A stretch of 64,000 nt of DNA, taken from NCBI RefSeq assembly GCF_001194135.2, contig NC_068982.1, positions 35,414,744-35,478,743 on the forward strand, in the 5' to 3' direction. The number at the start of each line of letters is the position of its first letter. Within the stretch, counting starts at the first letter, position 1. Shown piece by piece: positions 25,435-38,517 of the stretch. A program made the translations under genes and the position numbers. The notes under the pieces were generated by a model that saw only the letters and a list, made by a program, of their open reading frames with translations, made no database searches and was not told the origin of the DNA. This DNA is from Octopus bimaculoides. Taxonomy: Eukaryota.

Positions 25435-26960
25435 TTTTGTTGCTGTTGGTAGGAGTAGGGTGAGAAATCTCTCAAGAAGAATATTTGTATCAAAACACTT
25501 GCTTGAGAGGTCAGAAAATGTCTGTCCTTCTAATCAACAAAAAATGATTACTTCACTGTAAATAAAACGAACCATTTGGTATAAAATGTTGCAAAAGCCT
25601 TGTGGTGTTAGGTGATGCTGCATAATAAACAAATGAGAACTTTTGTTTCAAAGCAAGGACTGCTGTCCAGAATGAGTTTTTCTCCTATAATATGTTTGTG
25701 TGTGTGTGTGTTTGGGAGTTGTAACGCTTAATAATAACTGGGACACTCATATCAAACTGTCAAGCTCGAATTTAAACGTAAATGCTGTAAATGTCCATCA
25801 CATTTATATGTCTCCCCACCATATGTTATTGCTCCCATCATGTCTGTTTTACCCTACATCTTTTCTCTATATTCACCCCATGTAATGTCGGGCAGCTCTT
25901 GAACCTCTCCCATATACAACCCACCCTCTCACGTTTTCACATTTGTCCATCTCTTTTTTTCAACCATGTGACTACTCCCTTCCCACTCCCCTGTTTTCTG
26001 CCATGTCTCCCATCCTCTTTTTTTACCATCTCTCACTCCTCCATCTGGGATCATCAACCAGTCTAATTTCTGTTCTCCTTCAATTATAAAGCCAGTTTAT
26101 GCCTTTCATGTTACCAGACTATCATCACTGGTGCAGGTGCCACAAAGAAAGCACTCAGTGCACTCTGCAAAATAGTTGGCATCATGAAGGGTATCCAGCC
26201 ATACAAACCATACCATAATAGACTTTAGTGCATGATCTAGTCCTCCAAATCATCAAATACTAAGCTGGACAATAAATGATGATGATGATGATGATAAAAT
26301 GTTTGAGCACCTATGTCTTGTTCAAGTACTTGGCCATGTAATACTTACATCATCTGTGAAGTGGATTATTATCTGTGTAATCAATATTTTTCATTTATGT
26401 TTTATTAATATATGAGATATATTTAAGATGGTGAGCTGGCAGAATTGTTAGCATGTTAGACTAAATGCTTAGCAGAACTTTGTCCATCTTTATGTTCTGA
26501 GTTCTAATTATGCTGAGGTCGACTTTGCCTTTCTTCCTTTCAGGGTCAATAAAATCAGTATCAGTTGAGCGCTGAGGTCAATGAAATTAACATGCCCTTC
26601 TCTCAAAATGTCTGGCTTTGTGCCAAAATTCGAAATCAGTATTTTAGTTATATAAGTTTGTGGTACTATTTCCCTGCATTTTTATTTCGACATATTTAAA
26701 TTTTGTTTTCAAAGGTACATTTAAACAATCTTATTAGAGGCTTTTCTTCACCAATTTCTGCTTGCTGATAGCAACCTGCCCAAATCTCAGTTCTAAAAGG
26801 TAATTCTAAAACAGTGTCTCTGCTAAACTCTGTGAGGAGTTACTGACAACAAAGACTCTTGGATTTCAGTTTGCCCACAGACCCTTGGGTTGCAGTTTGC
26901 TCACAACTGATGTAGAGCAAGAATAAGGAAGCCACTGCAAGCAAGGGAAACTTTGCCTAC

Positions 26961-27005
26961 CTTCAGATTTGAAATCATCCACTGCAAAAGTCTCTAAAAT
27001 TCTAT
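26961..27005 (-). CDS. Candidate internal exon (45 nt, phase 1-1) of an unidentified minus-strand gene: (D)RILETFAVDDFKSE
   Basis: Very strong acceptor ttttcttcttttctttctttcttttacag| and donor GAAG|gtaggc. Only one frame is open, and its phase matches the next candidate exon at 20400. Confidence 0.6.
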
Positions 27006-27626
27006 CTGTAAAAGAAAGAAAGAAAAGAAGAAAAGAAATTTGAGCCTTACAATCAAAACAATAATTTAACATAAGTTGCATAACTTTAAAAATATAAGAT
27101 TAAAGATTCATTAGTTTTCTCAGTACAGATACACTCCAAAGATTGTTATGCATTGTCAAGTCTCCCTTGCTAATAAAAAAATTATTCTCCCTCTTATATA
27201 GAGCTCTTGTGTGCCATAATTAATTACTTTTGAACTCATTACTTTTATCACAAACTAAAAGTAAAAGTTGAGTTCAATTATAATTTTCTTTTTAATGTTT
27301 GTATGTTACTCTCCACACCATGCTCACGAAACAGTCTTTGCTGGAAATGTGAAATTTTCACTGGATTAATTTCATTGTCACTTATTAGAATTGATGTATA
27401 AGAATACTCTGAGAAGTAAGTGTGTCTATATAAATATACATATTATTTATTTAATAATGGTCTGATTCAGCTCCACATAACTTAAAGTTTTGTAGGCTTG
27501 TTCATCAAACCTAACTTATCAGGTTGATGGGTATTGGGCTGTTGCTGGTCAATGTTGGTCATAGTGTTAGTCACATAGAAGCAACAACAGATACAAACTG
27601 AATTCCTAGTATCATATGGTTGGGCA

Positions 27627-27661
<35 letters not shown>

Positions 27662-27664
<3 letters not shown>

Positions 27665-27990
27665 GGTCCGTCAAAAGTAACTATATATTTTTATTTCAAC
27701 ATGATAAATGTAACATAGAAGAAATAAGCTACTACAATACAGAAAGTAACACAAGGTACACTAAAGTTTGTTGCAACATAAAACGTGATGTTTATTAAAG
27801 CTCCGTGTGCTCTCCGTGGAGCTCAATGCATTTTGCTTATCTTTCAGGGACTGAGCGGCATACTTTGGTGCACAGCCCCAACGGCACTTGAGCAATGGCA
27901 GCTCAAATTTGTTCTTTAAGTTCAGCAATGTTGCTGAAAATAGCCATTAGGGTCTGAAAAAACGTATGTAAAACCAATCACTTTATGGAC
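27662..27990 (-). mobile_element. Tc1/mariner 3' end with transposase C-terminal relic
   Basis: TA-CAGGGT terminus; minus strand reads SNIAELKEQI*AAIAQVP...CIELHGEHTE (frameshifted). Confidence 0.7.
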
Positions 27991-29160
27991 ATGAAACCAT
28001 GGGTAACCCTATGAACTGGCCATAACTATCTTTATCTAAATAAATATATATATATATATATATATACATAAACACACACACACACATGATGAGCTTCTTT
28101 CAGTTTCTCTCTACCATATCCACTCACTAGACTTTGGTTGGCCTAGAGCTATAGTGGAAGACACTTGCCCAAGGTGCCATGAAGTGGGACTGAACTTGAA
28201 ACCATCTGGTTGAGAAACAAACTTCTTACCACAGAGCCATGCCTGTGCTACTCTTATGAGTGGAATTTGTGAGACAAACTATGCTGAATCCCATTTTCTA
28301 CACAGACATGCACCCTACTCATTATCCTTATCTCCACCCCCATCAAGAATGTAGTGACCTATTGATTGACCTATTAGAAACCTAAAATACCTGAGTCAGT
28401 AAAACACTTTTTTGACTCAGCTAGCCACAGTTCAATATCTGTAACATACTTAATAATTCTTTTAAATGTCTTCTACATAACCACTCCACTGGAAAATTAA
28501 TAAATATTCCAAGAATTATTGTCTGGTCCGTTTGTGGTGTGTGGGGTGAGGAAGTGAAAATGGGAAGAATCAGACAGGGGCCAAAGTTTAGGAGAAAAGA
28601 ATAATTATATTATGAAGCCAAGGATAAAATTAGATTTCTACTGTTAAGAAGTTAAATACTCTGACAATCTAGTTTTTTTCTTTTTTTTATATGTGGGGTG
28701 GGGACAAAAAATGCAGGCTTGGCTTTGTGGTTGAAACTTCACTTCACAACTTTAGATTCAGTCTGAATTAGCAAGGCTTTGGGGAAGTGCCTTCTACTTT
28801 AGGTCTGGGTGAATTTGGTACTTGAAATCTATATGGAAGCTAATCATCATATACGTGAGTGTGTGTGTGTGTTTGTCCTCACACTATTTGGAAACCAGTG
28901 TTGGTTTGTTTACATCCTTGTAACTTAGTATTCCAACAAAAGAGGCTGATAGAATAAGTACCAAACTCAAAAATAAGCGCTAGGGTTGATTTGTTTGACT
29001 AAACCGTTCTAGGCAGTGCCCCAGCATGGCTGAAGTTCAGTGACTAAAGCAAGTAAAAGAATATAAGATTATAAGAATAAAAGTGGGTAAGATCCAAGAA
29101 GACATAGAACATAGACAAGTAACTCTCTACAAATTCTGCATCCTTATAACTACTAAGTTA

Positions 29161-29192
29161 TAACCCTAACCCTAACCCTAACTCTAACCCTA
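29161..29192. repeat. Short interstitial (TAACCC)5 telomere-like tract
   Basis: taaccctaaccctaaccctaactctaacccta. Confidence 0.9.
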
Positions 29193-31639
29193 GGTTCACT
29201 TGTTGCACCAGACCACTACAAATTTGAAGGATGAGCAAATGGGACTGGCTCTGCACAAACTATGCCCATTATAATAATAAACCCCTGTTGCTTTTTGGGG
29301 TAATTTTCTAAACATTAAAAAAAAAATTAATGGAGTAATTTTGTTGTGCCTTAATGGAGTAAATCTCAGCAGAAAATTCCGTGGGTGGAACCCTAAAGTA
29401 GTTTTGTACGGTTATACTTAACCAATATCTGACATCAGTAGCTCCATGGTTGCCATGAATGTATTGATTTATCTTTTCTTCATGGCATATCCATAAAAGG
29501 AAAGATGGTAATTGTATTTGGGGTTAGACTGTTGCTTCTAGAAACAAGCCAGGTACTTCAGAGTTGATTAAAACCTCACTTAGACCACCTTTGGTTGTGA
29601 ATGACCATGGGATGTGCACCTAGAAAGTTCCCCTCTAAGGCACAAATCTGGGCATGGTTGTTTGTGGAAGATCAGCAGTCACCCATGCATACCAGCCTCC
29701 CTTCTCAATATCATTGATATTGTTCAAGGGAAAGGCAAATGCTAATACAGCTTGGCACCATTGATGTCGCAAATCATTTCTACAGCTGAGAGAACTGGAG
29801 CAACAATGAAATAAAATGTCTTGCTCAAAAAACACAACGTTTGGTCCAGGAATCAAACTCACAACCTCACGATTGTAAGTCCAACACTCTAACCACTGAA
29901 CCATGCACCTTTACATGGTTAAATTATTGTCTCTGCAGTACCATTGGCCAACCAACTCATTTATTTTCCTATATTTCTCATCTAATTCATGCTAACACTA
30001 GTTTATCACTAGTTTATTATTAATTCTAGTTATTATCAGTTCTTTCCAGGAGATATTTTTTGCTGGCAAAGCAGAGGGGGTGGCTGTAGCTAGTTGTGGG
30101 GAAGGTGTTTATTTTTGTTTGACTATTTTAATCAGATTAAAAAACTATTGATATTGAATTTTCTTTCATACTCTTTGCCTGATGTTTTCCTCATTGATTT
30201 AATAATTTCTTTGTCGTCTGAACTTTTTATCAGTTTTTATTATTTATTTTTATTTCTATTATTTATTTTTTTTTTTAATGTATCTATTTACCGATCTGGA
30301 ATCTGATTTGGATTTTATATCAATAAAACCTACATTAATCCTAGATATTTCATTACCATCATCTGACCAGGACTGGAGTTAGCTAATTAATGATGCAGCT
30401 AACATATTTTCGTGTGTGTGTGTGTGTAATGTGAGAGAGTGCATGTGTAATTCTTATTATGTGGATCAGCTATGTACAAATGATACACAGGCTGCTGCCT
30501 CTAAAATACCACTTATGTGTGTGTGTGTATGCATGTGTGTGTGTGTGCGTGTACTTGCATATGCATGTCAGTGTGTTTGCATAAATGCATTTGAATATGT
30601 GTGTACATATGTGTGTATTTATGTATACAAGAGTGTATGTATGTCTGTATATATGTGAATGTATAATACTTCATTTTCATATCTTTCATGTGGTCTGTTA
30701 AGAAGTCTGTAGTTACATTTAAAAAAAGGCTGTTGTAGTCATAGGTTGTGGAAGCGGCTTAAATTACTAACTGCAAGGCCATGTGTTCAAATTTTCATTC
30801 AGCTACTGTTTCATTATTAGAGTAACTACGTTGTTTATCCAACTTTTTGATCTGGCAGCCAAATCTTCCTCAGTAACCTACCAACCTATCCTGCTTTTAA
30901 TGAGCCAATATGGGAGGCCTCTGTGCAGTCAATCAACCTGCTAGAAATAGCAACCAAATTTCCCTAAAACAATAATCTACAGTATTAAATGAATGCATAG
31001 GATTATGTCCATAATGTTCTTTGTATACTAAGTCTAAAAATAAACATGATGGCTATGGTTGGACTACCTTTGGTCATTGCTTTGTTCAGTCAAAATTGGG
31101 CAACAACAATAACAACCTCGTCTTGTTTATTAAAATGGTAATGACTTACCTTTTATCTTTTGCTTGTTTCAGTCATTGGACTGCAATCATGCTGGTGCAC
31201 CGCCTTAAAGGATTCAGTTGAACAAGTCAACCCCAGTATTTATTCTTTTAAATCTGGTACTCGTTCAATCAGTTTCTTTTGCTGAACTGCCAAGTTACAG
31301 GAATGTAATCAAACCAACACCAGTTGTCAAGCAGTGGAGGGAAGGGGCTAAATCATAAGGTTTTGGTTGGCCTATGTCTATCGTAGAAGACACTTGCCCA
31401 AGGTGCTATGCAGTGGGACTGAATTCAAAACTATGTGGTTTGGAAACCAGCTTCTTACCACAATTATAAATTTTGAGAATTACATTCCTAATATAAAAAG
31501 ATCTTTTTATAGTCTTTCTTCTGCAAGAAAAAACGACCCCTTGAATTATCTAGGTCATATTTTTTCCCCTTCTTTCAACAAATTTATCTGGATGCCCTCC
31601 ACTCCCTCTCTCAGTTGAGAGATCCATGTCTTGCAGGCT

Positions 31640-31965
31640 CATGGGTGCTTGTACCATGTAAAAAGTACCCATTTCAGTGTCACATAAAAAGCACCTGTAC
31701 CAATGCCTTGTGAAAAGCACTTGTGCTGCTGCCATGTAGAAAATTACCCATGCTGGTGCCACATAAAGATCACCCTTGCTAGTGCCTTGTCAAAGGTACC
31801 CAGTACACCCTGTAAAATTTTTGGCATTAGGAAAGGCATCCAGCCATAGAAACCATGTTGAGACAGACCATTGGAGCCTGGACAGCTTTCCAGTTGGCCA
31901 GCTCTTGTCAAACTACCTACAACCCATGCCAGCATGGAAAACAGACATTAAATGATGATGGTGAT
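31640..31965 (+). mobile_element. SINE S3 with expanded internal tandem units
   Basis: Several gtgccacat(a)aaaagcacc-type units precede the S3 tail. Similar at 48355-48615, 55795-56050, 58985-59265. Confidence 0.85.
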
Positions 31966-32689
31966 GACGTTAAAGATTCTAAACTACTCATCATATTTTT
32001 CCAATATTTCATTCCAGGCCTGTCATGAGCCCCTGGGCTCATAATGCCAGACCTTAACTCAGTTTACATGGCATATAAGTGACTGACATTACAACACTGC
32101 TCCACCCCCAAACATAATACCAGTTTGTTGCAGGGTTAACACTCCCAGCTACTGTTGGAAATAATTGACAGCTGAGTGGACTGGAGCAATTTGAAATGAA
32201 GTGTTTTGCTCAAGAACGCAATGCACCACCCAGTCTGGGAATCAAAACCACAGCCTCATGATTATGAGTGCAGCACTCTAAACACTAGGTTACATGTCTC
32301 CACAGTATTTCATTCTAGCACAGTTTAAAAATGACTTGAACACCTCATCCTCCTTATTTTTCTCCTCAGGTTATTTCATGATAAAAGAAATAATTTCTGT
32401 ATTCATTCATGTCTGCAAAATAAGAATTAGGAGAAGCATAAGTTTTAATATTGTTGTCACTAATGCGTACATGTCTACACAAGATTTAACCTGATTATTT
32501 TTTAATTTCATATAAACAAGTTCTTACTCATTCAAAAATTTGGATAAAATCAAATCCATTAAACATTAATGCATGTTTTTTCACACTTTACATTATATAA
32601 AATACCATGTTTAATACTTTCATTTGCTTGAAGAGCAAGAAATAGGCTTTGGTAAATGAAGTCTACTGCTTATTAATCTCACTTACATG

Positions 32690-33110
32690 GCTGTCTGTTC
32701 ATCCATCCATTTGTTTTCTTTATCTACTGTGCTTGTGAGGGTCGTCAGGATAAACTCCTCAGGCACTTCCTCCAGAGGGTCTTGTAAAAAGCAAGTGTCA
32801 TTAGATTTTCTACTTAGATCCCCAAGCATGACTAACTATGAGTATGGATATTATCCAACCATCTCATTCTTTACACATAGTTCTCCTGCCAGTCAGATAA
32901 GCCTTAAAAATCCATCATGCATTTCTTTCCTGTGACATTCTAATTGCATATCTGTAAAGCTGGAGCTGTGACCTCTCAATGCAGAGAAGTAATGGCTTGA
33001 CCTGGAGAGACTCCATGATCTCTAAGCAACATGTCCTATTGAGTGCTGTTATTTCAGAGCTCCTTTTGAGGAACCCCATTTTGGCACTTGTATTCCCCAT
33101 CATACTATTG
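32690..33110 (-). mobile_element. Degenerate RTE (RTE-1/Expander-like) LINE 3' fragment
   Basis: Reads MGFLKR...ESLQVKPLLLCIERSQLQLYRYAIRMSQER...RIFKAYLTGRR...MRWLDNI...CLGI with an atggatggatg tail. Confidence 0.8.
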
Positions 33111-35066
33111 TCTGTAGTCTACATAAAGGGATGAATCTCACAACTTCTTGTTTATATTTCTAATCTTAAAAATAGCCATATATCTGTGTGTGTGCCTTTG
33201 TGTCTGTCTTTGTCCCCCACCACCACTTGACAACCTGTGTTGGGGATGTTTACATCCCTGTAACTTAGTGGTTTGACAAAAGAGACCAATGGAATAAGTA
33301 CCAGGCTTAAAAAGTAGAGTTGATTAGTTGAACTAAAATTCCTCAAGGATTGAATCAAGTAAAAGTAAATGATAAAAGAAATATATATATATATANNNNN
33401 NNNNNNNNNNNNNNNNNNNNNNNNNNNNNNNNNNNNNNNNNNNNNNNNNNNNNNNNNNNNNNNNNNNNNNNNNNNNNNNNNNNNNNNNNNNNNNNNNNNN
33501 NNNNNNNNNNNNNNNNNNNNNNNNNNNNNNNNNNNNNNNNNNNNNNNNNNNNNNNNNNNNNNNNNNNNNNNNNNNNNNNNNNNNNNNNNNNNNNNNNNNN
33601 NNNNNNNNNNNNNNNNNNNNNNNNNNNNNNNNNNNNNNNNNNNNNNNNNNNNNNNNNNNNNNNNNNNNNNNNNNNNNNNNNNNNNNNNNNNNNNNNNNNN
33701 NNNNNNNNNNNNNNNNNNNNNNNNNNNNNNNNNNNNNNNNNNNNNNNNNNNNNNNNNNNNNNNNNNNNNNNNNNNNNNNNNNNNNNNNNNNNNNNNNNNN
33801 NNNNNNNNNNNNNNNNNNNNNNNNNNNNNNNNNNNNNNNNNNNNNNNNNNNNNNNNNNNNNNNNNNNNNNNNNNNNNNNNNNNNNNNNNNNNNNNNNNNN
33901 NNNNNNNNNNNNNNNNNNNNNNNNNNNNNNNNNNNNNNNNNNNNNNNNNNNNNNNNNNNNNNNNNNNNNNNNNNNNNNNNNNNNNNNNNNNNNNNNNNNN
34001 NNNNNNNNNNNNNNNNNNNNNNNNNNNNNNNNNNNNNNNNNNNNNTAGATATATATAGATATATAGATATAGATATCATATCATATATAACAATTCATCA
34101 GTCATTTGTGTATCATAAGAAATTATACTGAACATTATAACTTCATGCACCTCAATTACTTACATGAAAATTTCATCATTCATATTTTAGATCGAACAAG
34201 CTTTTAATAACACATATTAATTTTTTATTTTTGTGGTAGTGACATATGGAAAGTGCTAACAACTATGCCAAATGGCAAACAACCAAATCTTAATACAATG
34301 ATGATGTTGTTCTCTTAGACAAAATACATCATTCTACTAGTTTCAATCAGTTTATCTGAAAATATCTACCACTCCTATTATTTTCATTTTGCCCATTTCA
34401 GCGTTGATCTAGCAGACCTGTGATCATAGATCTTCCAGCTGTGGCCATTATAAAGCACTGCAATGTCCAGTATGTCCTTTCCTTGTTAAAAAAGTAGAAG
34501 ATTGTTTGTTGAAGTTTTGGCTGCTGTTTCATGCAGGTTAAGTAACTCTGTTGAGGCCTTCTTCTTGGCTTACAGACCATCCTTGTTTCAGTATTAAATA
34601 GCTTACATCCATGTTTCTTATGAATGGATGATTTACATTTTCATGTAACCTACAACAACCAGAGATCTTCTACATGATTGTTTGACTGTATAGAAACTGC
34701 AACTAAATATCCCCCAAATCGTATGCCATCTTTTTAAATAAGTAAGAACACATTTGTCATTACAATGCCTGATATACAAAAATACAAAATGATCATGTCT
34801 GAATTATTTTTGATCATATGTCTGCTCAATCAGGGTTAGCCTGGGGCTAAACAGCAACAGCCTATACCAGTGTAGAATTGTTTCTAGTAAATGAAAGCAT
34901 ATTGAAGGGAAAATGAAATAAAAACTGCAATATTTATACCACATAATTAAACTGGACAATTGATCAGTATACATATTTCATCATCATACAGTCATTAAGA
35001 TAATCTTCAATGCTCCGGATTGGTATTTTGCCAATATTCCATTTAACAGTTACATTCTTGCCTCAC

Positions 35067-35150
35067 CAATTTTTATATAGACTTCAGTTGCATAAATACA
35101 TCTAGGTTTTTTTCTTTTCATCCCAATAAGGAAGACACCTTTGGCTTCTT
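35067..35150 (-). CDS. Weaker candidate exon (84 nt, phase 1-1): EAKGVFLIGMKRKKPRCIYATEVYIKI
   Basis: Acceptor tttttaattcatttttgtcctgtag|, donor TTG|gtgagg, one open frame. Phase is compatible with 27005. Confidence 0.35.
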
Positions 35151-35282
35151 CTACAGGACAAAAATGAATTAAAAATAAGTTGAAAAGACTGTTTTGGTTT
35201 TATGTCAAGATTTATTGGCAGTGAATCATTTTAAATATAAGTATTGAAATAATACTTAACCTTTTCAATTTGTTGTTCTTAC

Positions 35283-35353
35283 AAAGCATAGAGAAGGATG
35301 TTTTATAACAGAGCCAATATCTCTTCTGATTGTGCTTTTATTCCATTCACCAT
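35283..35353 (-). CDS. Weaker candidate exon (71 nt, phase 1-0): (D)GEWNKSTIRRDIGSVIKHPSLCF
   Basis: Acceptor ttttgttttaaattttttaatttaag| and donor TTT|gtaaga. It is not phase-compatible with the neighbouring 35150 candidate, so at most one is likely constitutive. Confidence 0.3.
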
Positions 35354-36069
35354 CTTAAATTAAAAAATTTAAAACAAAAGTTAAAGGTCATATTAGATAA
35401 GGTAGTCAGGTGTACACAACTTTGATTGGATGGTCATGGCTTTGAAAGCCTTTGATCATTGGTCTGCTTGGTCAAGTCACATCTGGGACCAAATGACTAT
35501 GGAAAAATCATCTGAATTCATCAGTTTTATTGGTTGAAAGCTCTACTAGTAAGCTGACTGAAACTTGACATTTCTGCAAAATAAACAAAGTCTAGAAAAT
35601 TAAGAATAATTTGGGCCTCAGTCTTTATAATAGTATCTTTATGAGAGTCTCATCTCTGAAATTAGGTTTATCTATGAATCATAGAAAAAGTGACAGATGT
35701 CCTTAAAGTGAGCAAGGAACATTGGAATGTAATTAAACTACTGTCCAAAGTAAGTGTCCAGGATTTGGTCCACTTCTAGATCATAATCTCTTCACTTCAT
35801 TTTAGTATCATTGGTGTAATTGTAATCTCCTCCCCTTCCTCCTCCTCCTCCTCCTCCTCCTCCTCCAGGCCTGCTGTGATCAAGTGGATCTACTATCAAG
35901 GATGTTCCAGCCATGCCAACATGGCCTCATTAATGGATTTGATAGATGAAAACTGAAAGAAGCTCATTGTGTGTGTGTTCCTTTCCTGAGCGTCCAATAA
36001 CACTGTACTTATTCCACATCCTTGCGTTGTTTTTTCGTGTTTTTTCCTGCTTGTTCATGTTTATATATA

Positions 36070-36100
<31 letters not shown>

Positions 36101-36129
36101 GTATGTGGGTGTGTATGTATGTGTTACCT

Positions 36130-36385
36130 TCGTATTGCCTTGATATTTGTGCGATGGTTGTAAGCAAGAGTCACAGTCATGAAAGCTGTGCTCTTCATTT
36201 CCAGTCTTCCATTAAAGCATGTCTGGTCACAGGGAGCATATTACTTTGCTTGGAAACTGGTGAGAGTTGGTGACAGGAAGGGCATCCTGCCATAGAAAAT
36301 CTGCCTCAACAAAAATTCCACCCAATTTATGTGATCACAGAAAAGTGGACATTAAGCAGATAATGAAGATGATGATGATGATGGC
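36130..36385 (+). mobile_element. SINE, RTE-tailed family S4
   Basis: ggtgacaggaagggcatcctgccatagaaaatctgcctcaac...(gat)n. Relatives at 48690-48920, 43760-43900 (+) and 10370-10600, 18170-18410, 50340-50580, 56880-57135, 59530-59770 (-). Confidence 0.8.
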
Positions 36386-37385
36386 AGTGGCGGTGATGAT
36401 TATCATCTTCACCATCATTATCAACAGAGCAATTACCAAAATACCTCCTAGTGTTTCATTCCATCTCTTATATTCTGAAATAAAACCCACTCAGGTTCAC
36501 TTTGGCTTTCTGATGTTGATGTAATTGAGAACAGTCAAAAATGCAATGGTGCCCCATCACCACAATCCAACTGGAACCTGTAAAAGATTGAGAGAATATA
36601 TTCAGTACTTTTCCTCCCCCACCATCTCCATTTCCCTTCAGTTTTCTTAGATAAATATATTATACCCACATTCATCAGGCAGCACAGATAGCCCCAACAC
36701 ATACTGTGTCATCCAAACACCTATATATGTTATACACACCTACATTAAGATAATACCAAAATGACCAAGCCTCTTCATTGTCATCATCATCATCATTGCC
36801 ATTAATATCATTTTTAATATCCATTTTCCTATGCTGATATCCATTTTTCCATGAGTTAGATGAAACTTGTTAAGGCAAAGTTTCTAAGGCAGGATGCTTT
36901 TCTTGTTGCCAACCCCACTTACTGTTCAAATAAGATATTTTTACTCAATTAGTACCCCACTCGTGTCCTCCAAACTAAGTGACATAGGCTTAAAAGAGAA
37001 TGAAAACAATGTTACTGTCTTTGTGATAATGAGGATCTGTAGAGTCAACGTTCACACAGACTCACACATACATACACACACACATACATACATACATACA
37101 TACATATATACATACATACATACATAAATGCATATATGCATGTATGCTAACATATATACATACATGCAAACAAGCTTTTGTAAAGTTTTCATTTACAGAC
37201 TTCACTCACAAGTTTTTGATTACTCTGAGACAATAGTAGAAGACACTTGCCCTAGATACCATGAAGTGAGACTTCATTGATATAAATTCAAACATCATTG
37301 ATGTTTGACTATCTGTTTCGTTTGTGTAGTGATTGTTAAATACCAGTAAGATATCAATGAGGACACTTATATATATTTATATATA

Positions 37386-37847
37386 CAAATATTCTATAAT
37401 TATAAACATAATTATAATTAGGGGTTAGCTAATTGCTTCACCACATACTGAATTTAGAAATAGGAGTTAAAAATTCCTTTTCTACTACCGTAGGAATCTT
37501 CCAGACAGTAACACACTTTTTTACGTAAGCAAAGAGAAAAATAATGAACCAACACGACTTCGATTAGCCACAGACGCGTTTCGAGATTAAAGTATTTAAT
37601 TTACTTCCCGTCATCAGTGTAGCATTTCCATTATAAAGTTTGAAAGTGCTAGGGTTAAATATGCACATGATCGAGCGACATTGTGCAACAGATATCCAAG
37701 ATGTCTACGTAAAAAAGTGTGTTACTGTCTGGGAGATTCTTACGGTAGTAGAAAAGGAATTTTTAACTCCTATTTCTAAATTCGGTATGTGGTGAAGCAA
37801 TTAGCAGACCCCTAATTATAATTATGTTTATAATTAGAGAATATTTG
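37386..37847. repeat. Fold-back element, ~140 bp near-perfect arms, intact hammerhead in loop
   Basis: Arms 37386-37526 and 37706-37847 show only a few mismatches. Confidence 0.95.
37567..37623 (-). ncRNA. Type I hammerhead ribozyme, intact core with an extra nucleotide after A9
   Basis: gcuaca CUGAUGA c ggga...ucuc GAAACGCGUC^ uguggc: 6 bp stem I, palindromic ACGCGU stem III. Confidence 0.8.
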
Positions 37848-37906
37848 AATAATTTTACCTGTCTAGTGACCACCTATACCATGTTTTAGCATGTTTGAAG
37901 ACATTC

Positions 37907-37952
<46 letters not shown>

Positions 37953-37964
37953 TATATGTGTGTA

Positions 37965-38016
<52 letters not shown>

Positions 38017-38112
38017 TATTTAGTGTACTGTTCTGTGATGGTAAGATCAACAAAGTACTCCATCTGGTGAGAGATAAATAATTTTCAATAAGCACAATAC
38101 ATGTATTTACGT

Positions 38113-38441
38113 GCTACTATTAGTTTCATGGGATGAAAACATCTCAGGCAGCATTTTTTAACATGTCTGGTGCCTTCACACAATTCTCAGGTTGTGCCCA
38201 CATGATCTCACAAGCTAAAACACGATGATAGGGTGAGTTCTTTTCTTTATCATTTTCCAGTTTTTCAAACTTCCACCTTTTACATCTATTTCCTTTTTAC
38301 CTTTTCTCTTTCTCTCTCATCCTATCATCCTGTTTTAGCTTGTTATACCATATAGGTGCAGCCTAAGGATTGCATAAATGAACCAGACATGTTAAAAAAA
38401 TGCTGTCTGAGATGTTTTCATTGCATGAAACTATTAGTAGC
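38113..38441. repeat. Fold-back, ~120 bp arms, pyrimidine-rich spacer
   Basis: gctactattagtttcatg...gatgatagg versus cctatcatc...catgaaactattagtagc. Confidence 0.85.
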
Positions 38442-38484
38442 TCATAGAAATATATACTGCCATATATTGCCTTTATTAAATAAT

Positions 38485-38517
<33 letters not shown>

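Noticed and set aside
5079-30104. Isolated plus-strand exon-like segments 5079-5149 (SKEEGLYSQLVKTSG...) and 30050-30104 (EIFFAGKAEGVAVASCGE)
   Set aside because: Good acceptors but no coherent, phase-consistent plus-strand chain; such hits are expected by chance.
31640-31810. Repeat-spacer-like array (also 58985-59105, 62975-63205)
   Set aside because: Degenerate internal units of a SINE with related spacers; no cas genes and a eukaryotic context, so not CRISPR.
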